In this document: positions 8,194 to 10,723 of the stretch, piece by piece | Position numbering within the stretch: the stretch's first letter is position 1 | Layout of the letters: every line of letters begins with the position of its first letter | Assembly: GCA_016930515.1 (NCBI GenBank) | Contig: JAFGGO010000117.1 | Location: forward strand, 1 to 10,723 | Origin: Promethearchaeota archaeon | GTDB taxonomy: Archaea > Asgardarchaeota > Lokiarchaeia > Sigyniarchaeales > SOKP01 | Length of the DNA: 10,723 bases | Reading direction: 5' to 3' | Notes under the pieces: generated by a model | Seen by the model: the letters and a program-made list of their open reading frames with translations, nothing else | What the model was told of the DNA's origin: nothing | Database searches by the model: none | Position numbers and translations under genes: made by a program

Positions 8194-8264
8194 GCGATAT
8201 TCAGATCCACAATTGCTCTGTTCGGCCTTCATACCAAATTATAAGATCTTCATAATTCTTTTAA

Positions 8265-8292
8265 GTGTTACTAATTTATAACTTATTAATAT
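8265..8292. promoter_or_regulatory. Putative NikR-type operator GTGTTA-N16-TAATAT enclosing a TATA-like TTTATAA
   Basis: Imperfect 6-16-6 inverted repeat matching the geometry of NikR sites (E. coli GTATGA-N16-TCATAC), upstream of a NikM-like gene. Confidence 0.5.
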
Positions 8293-8343
8293 TACAATTA
8301 AAAAAAAATTATTACTATAAATTATAAAGTTAAAGGAATAATC

Positions 8344-9021
8344 ATGCATTTACCAGACGGGCTATTAGAGCCAACCACGATCGTGGTTTTATGGATTGTT
8401 ACTATCGGAATTATTGCACTTGGATTATATCGTATAACTAATAGCAAGATATTTTCGGAAGAAGATAGCGAAAAATTAATCCCTTATATAGGAGTGATTG
8501 CGGCTGTTATTTTTGCGTTTCAATTCGTTAATTATCCCATTCCTGGAGGTACATCAGGACATTTGGTAGGGGGGACGCTTGTTGCTGTCGTTTTAGGTCC
8601 TTGGTCGGCAGTTATCGTTCTCTTTCTCGTATTGATAGTACAGTCGTTCTTTGGAGACGGAGGATTTACGGTCATTGGAGCGAACGCATTTAACATGGGC
8701 ATCGTTGGAGGAATTTTTGGCCTCATTATCGTAAAACTCGTCGTACAAGCACTTAATAGAACTCGACTTTCAAAAGAGATTAAAATCACGATAGGAACCG
8801 CTATTGGATCCTATATTGCCATAGTAACGGCATCTATCATATGTGGAATTGAAATATCAATAGCGGGAGTTATACCTCTCGAATACGCCGTTTCAGCGAT
8901 GGCAATTTGGCACGCGCTTATTGGAATCGGAGAAGCGGTGATTTCAGCCCTTATCGTATTTTATATATATAAAACAAAACCGTCCTTAATACTTACAGAA
9001 AAATTCTTGGGGGTTGAATAA
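8344..9021 (+). CDS. cbiM: ECF transporter substrate-binding S component, CbiM/NikM family (NikM-like)
   Basis: Metal-binding N-terminus MHLPDG, plus PIPGGTSGHLVGG, QSFFGDGG..IGANAFNMG and HALIGIGEA motifs. Confidence 0.95.
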   Translation: MHLPDGLLEPTTIVVLWIVTIGIIALGLYRITNSKIFSEEDSEKLIPYIGVIAAVIFAFQFVNYPIPGGTSGHLVGGTLVAVVLGPWSAVIVLFLVLIVQSFFGDGGFTVIGANAFNMGIVGGIFGLIIVKLVVQALNRTRLSKEIKITIGTAIGSYIAIVTASIICGIEISIAGVIPLEYAVSAMAIWHALIGIGEAVISALIVFYIYKTKPSLILTEKFLGVE

Positions 9022-9022
9022 A

Positions 9023-9337
9023 ATGGAATCGCTAAAAGACACGATTAAGCAATACAAAATACCCATCATAACCATTTTAGTGGTTATTATCGTTTTAATG
9101 GTGATGCTAGCGGTAGGATTTCAGATCGGAATACTTTCAACGGATCCTGACGGCTTGGAAAAAACACTTGAGGACGCAGGCGTACAGGAACCAGAACCAT
9201 TCTTTGAAGCTTTTTTAGGATGGATTAGTAACGACTACATTGCAGGGATCTTGGGGATCATTCTCACAGTATCATTTATTTTAGCTACATACTATATACT
9301 CGTTTATGTAAAAAAAAAGAGAAAATCTGCAGATTAA
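9023..9337 (+). CDS. PDGLE-domain accessory membrane protein of the Ni/Co ECF system (NikN-like)
   Basis: Literal STDPDGLE motif between two TM helices. ATG 9023 is preferred over TTG 9014 because GGGGTTG lies 6 nt upstream and the ATG follows the cbiM stop by 1 nt. Confidence 0.88.
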   Translation: MESLKDTIKQYKIPIITILVVIIVLMVMLAVGFQIGILSTDPDGLEKTLEDAGVQEPEPFFEAFLGWISNDYIAGILGIILTVSFILATYYILVYVKKKRKSAD

Positions 9338-9350
9338 CCATTATCAAAAA

Positions 9351-9382
9351 TATTTTTTTCTAATTTCCCGTTCATTTTATTT
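9351..9382 (+). terminator. T-rich tract, putative terminator between convergent nikN-like and XRE genes
   Basis: TATTTTTTTC...ATTTTATTT downstream of the stop at 9337. Confidence 0.35.
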
Positions 9383-9763
9383 TTACTCTTCGAATAACGA
9401 TTCAAACTTGTATCCAAGACTTTGAGAGAGTCTTTTTAATTCTTCAATCGAATAGTTATCGTTCAGTTCTTGATTAGTTATTTTTCTAAGTGCTTCAATT
9501 TTTTGCTTTGATATTCCCGTTTCCTTGGATAAATTGTCCAATTCTCCAAGAGTCACGCTTTCAATGACATCTTGAATGACAGGCACTAAGAAAAAGATTT
9601 CGTCCGTTGGTTTCTCAAATATCCTGGCAATATTTAACGAAAGCGTAAGTTTGGGTGTATAAGTACCTTTTTCCAAATAATAAATAGTTTGACGGGACAC
9701 GCCCAAAAGATCCGCTAATTCTTTTTGCTGCATGTTGCGTTCTTCCCTGAGTTCTTTTATCAT
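9383..9763 (-). CDS. XRE-family (HTH_3) transcriptional regulator with a second, degenerate XRE-like domain
   Basis: IKELREERNMQQKELADLLGVSRQTIYYLEKGTYTPKLTLSLNIARIF is a canonical XRE HTH. The C-half LDNLSKETGISKQKI...SIEELKRLSQSLGYKFESLF repeats the pattern. The true start may lie upstream, near 9790. Confidence 0.9.
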   Translation of the reverse strand: MIKELREERNMQQKELADLLGVSRQTIYYLEKGTYTPKLTLSLNIARIFEKPTDEIFFLVPVIQDVIESVTLGELDNLSKETGISKQKIEALRKITNQELNDNYSIEELKRLSQSLGYKFESLFEE

Positions 9764-9846
9764 GGAAGTTAACTTTTCCTTTAGTTTTAACGTATTCCCA
9801 CCAATTTTTTTTTGTTAAAATTAGAAAAATAGATTATTTTAAGGCT

Positions 9847-10686
9847 TTAGCTTAGTTCAAACAATTCTTCGATCTTACAAGAAAAAACACGAGCAATTTT
9901 ACATGCCAATGCCAAACTGGGATTATATCGACCTTCAATTAGGTATTTTATGGTTTCTAAAGGCACACCAACCTGTTCCGCTAATTTAATTTCTGAAATA
10001 TCGTATTTTGTCATTAATTCCTTTATGTTCGTCTTGAGATTTTCTCCCTCGCGCATTTTAGACATTATGTAACTTATGAAGTTATCAAATGCTAGTTCCT
10101 CGGGTTTAAAGATCTTGTCTTCTAAACCACTGGGTATTTGAGAATATTTGGTCATCATCTCATTGATTTTTTTTTCTATCACATGGGGATCTTTCAAGCC
10201 TGGAATGTATCCTTCAGGTCGAATGTGTCCAGATTGAGCGCTCGCTGCTGCCGCGCTGGATCCAGCAGTTTCTATCTTAACCGTGAAAGTCTTGTAGATC
10301 CTATCGAAAACACCGCTTACGATGTTAATGTTTTGTATCCTACTATATGGAATGGTTGCTCTCGTTTTTGTAAACACACCGTGATTAATCACGATCTTAT
10401 CTTCAAGAATTGCGTAGGAAAAAGTCTTATAATATGCCATAAGGTACTTTCTATTGAGAAACAACATTATTACATATATTCCAAGAATTATGGATGCCAA
10501 AATAATGATAAGGAGCGTCCAATCAAGTACAACATCTTTATCAAGTTCAATACCAATAAGTATGGGTATTACAAATGCAATCGAACCAAATACAAAAATG
10601 CTAAGACCAATAAACATTTTTAAGGTCTCTTTTTTTACATACTCTTTCGAAATTGTTCCTTCGTACTTTAATTCATCCTCTTTCAT
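9847..10686 (-). CDS. Two-TM membrane protein with bacterial PH domain (bPH_2, YdbS-like) fused to a C-terminal XRE HTH
   Basis: Two N-terminal TM helices; bPH_2 motif FSYAILEDKIVINHGVFTKTRATIPYSRIQNINIVSGVFDRIY...VKIETAG; C-terminal NIKELM...KLAEQVGVPLETIKYLIEGRYNPSLALACKIARVFSCKIEELF. GAGATG SD-like site 7 nt before the ATG. Confidence 0.9.
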   Translation of the reverse strand: MKEDELKYEGTISKEYVKKETLKMFIGLSIFVFGSIAFVIPILIGIELDKDVVLDWTLLIIILASIILGIYVIMLFLNRKYLMAYYKTFSYAILEDKIVINHGVFTKTRATIPYSRIQNINIVSGVFDRIYKTFTVKIETAGSSAAAASAQSGHIRPEGYIPGLKDPHVIEKKINEMMTKYSQIPSGLEDKIFKPEELAFDNFISYIMSKMREGENLKTNIKELMTKYDISEIKLAEQVGVPLETIKYLIEGRYNPSLALACKIARVFSCKIEELFELS

Positions 10687-10723
10687 TTTTTATCATCTCT
10701 TTTTTTGTTTGTTTTTTTTTTTA

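Noticed and set aside
8140-8343. Cobalamin or NiCo riboswitch upstream of the ECF genes
   Set aside because: The spacer is very AT-rich with no B12-box and no stable GC-rich stems visible.
242-10623. Shadow ORFs (242-481, 758-985, 1136-1318, 1381-1641, 2678-2905, 3322-3504, 4270-4452, 4532-4747, 5986-6171, 7358-7588, 8532-8789, 10138-10623)
   Set aside because: All lie within better-supported CDSs, antisense or out of frame, and show no recognisable motifs.
10687-10723. Long T-runs at the window end
   Set aside because: This is a low-complexity A-rich leader of the minus-strand gene, truncated by the window edge, with no repeat-array structure.
1-10723. CRISPR array, tRNA/rRNA, IS element or integrase
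   Set aside because: No spaced direct repeats, cloverleaf-like GC-rich segment, terminal inverted repeats or transposase/recombinase motifs were seen.

Overview
AT-rich, gene-dense window that is most likely archaeal. GGTG-type Shine-Dalgarno (SD) sites, BRE/TATA-like promoters, T-tract terminators and a DUF4443 gene point to an archaeon; gene content and style suggest Asgard/Lokiarchaeia, which is an inference. Twelve plausible CDSs in order: a coiled-coil protein; a minus-strand DUF4443 wHTH plus JAMM/MPN+ metalloprotease pair; a divergent protein resembling an adaptin/coatomer/BBSome appendage (Ig-sandwich + platform) with a C-terminal Zn ribbon; a membrane alpha/beta-hydrolase-fold protein lacking the usual nucleophile serine; a tandem lamin-tail-domain surface protein; a group I Ni/Co ECF transporter split into divergent QO and MN units around a NikR-like operator; and a two-gene regulatory cassette (2TM-bacterial PH-XRE fusion plus a tandem-XRE protein). 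The best leads are the membrane-tethered PH-XRE/double-XRE cassette, the appendage-like Zn-ribbon protein, and signs of near-cognate start codons (strongest: AUU for the ECF ATPase). No rRNA, tRNA, CRISPR array or mobile element was seen. All family calls come from motif recognition by eye; no searches were run.
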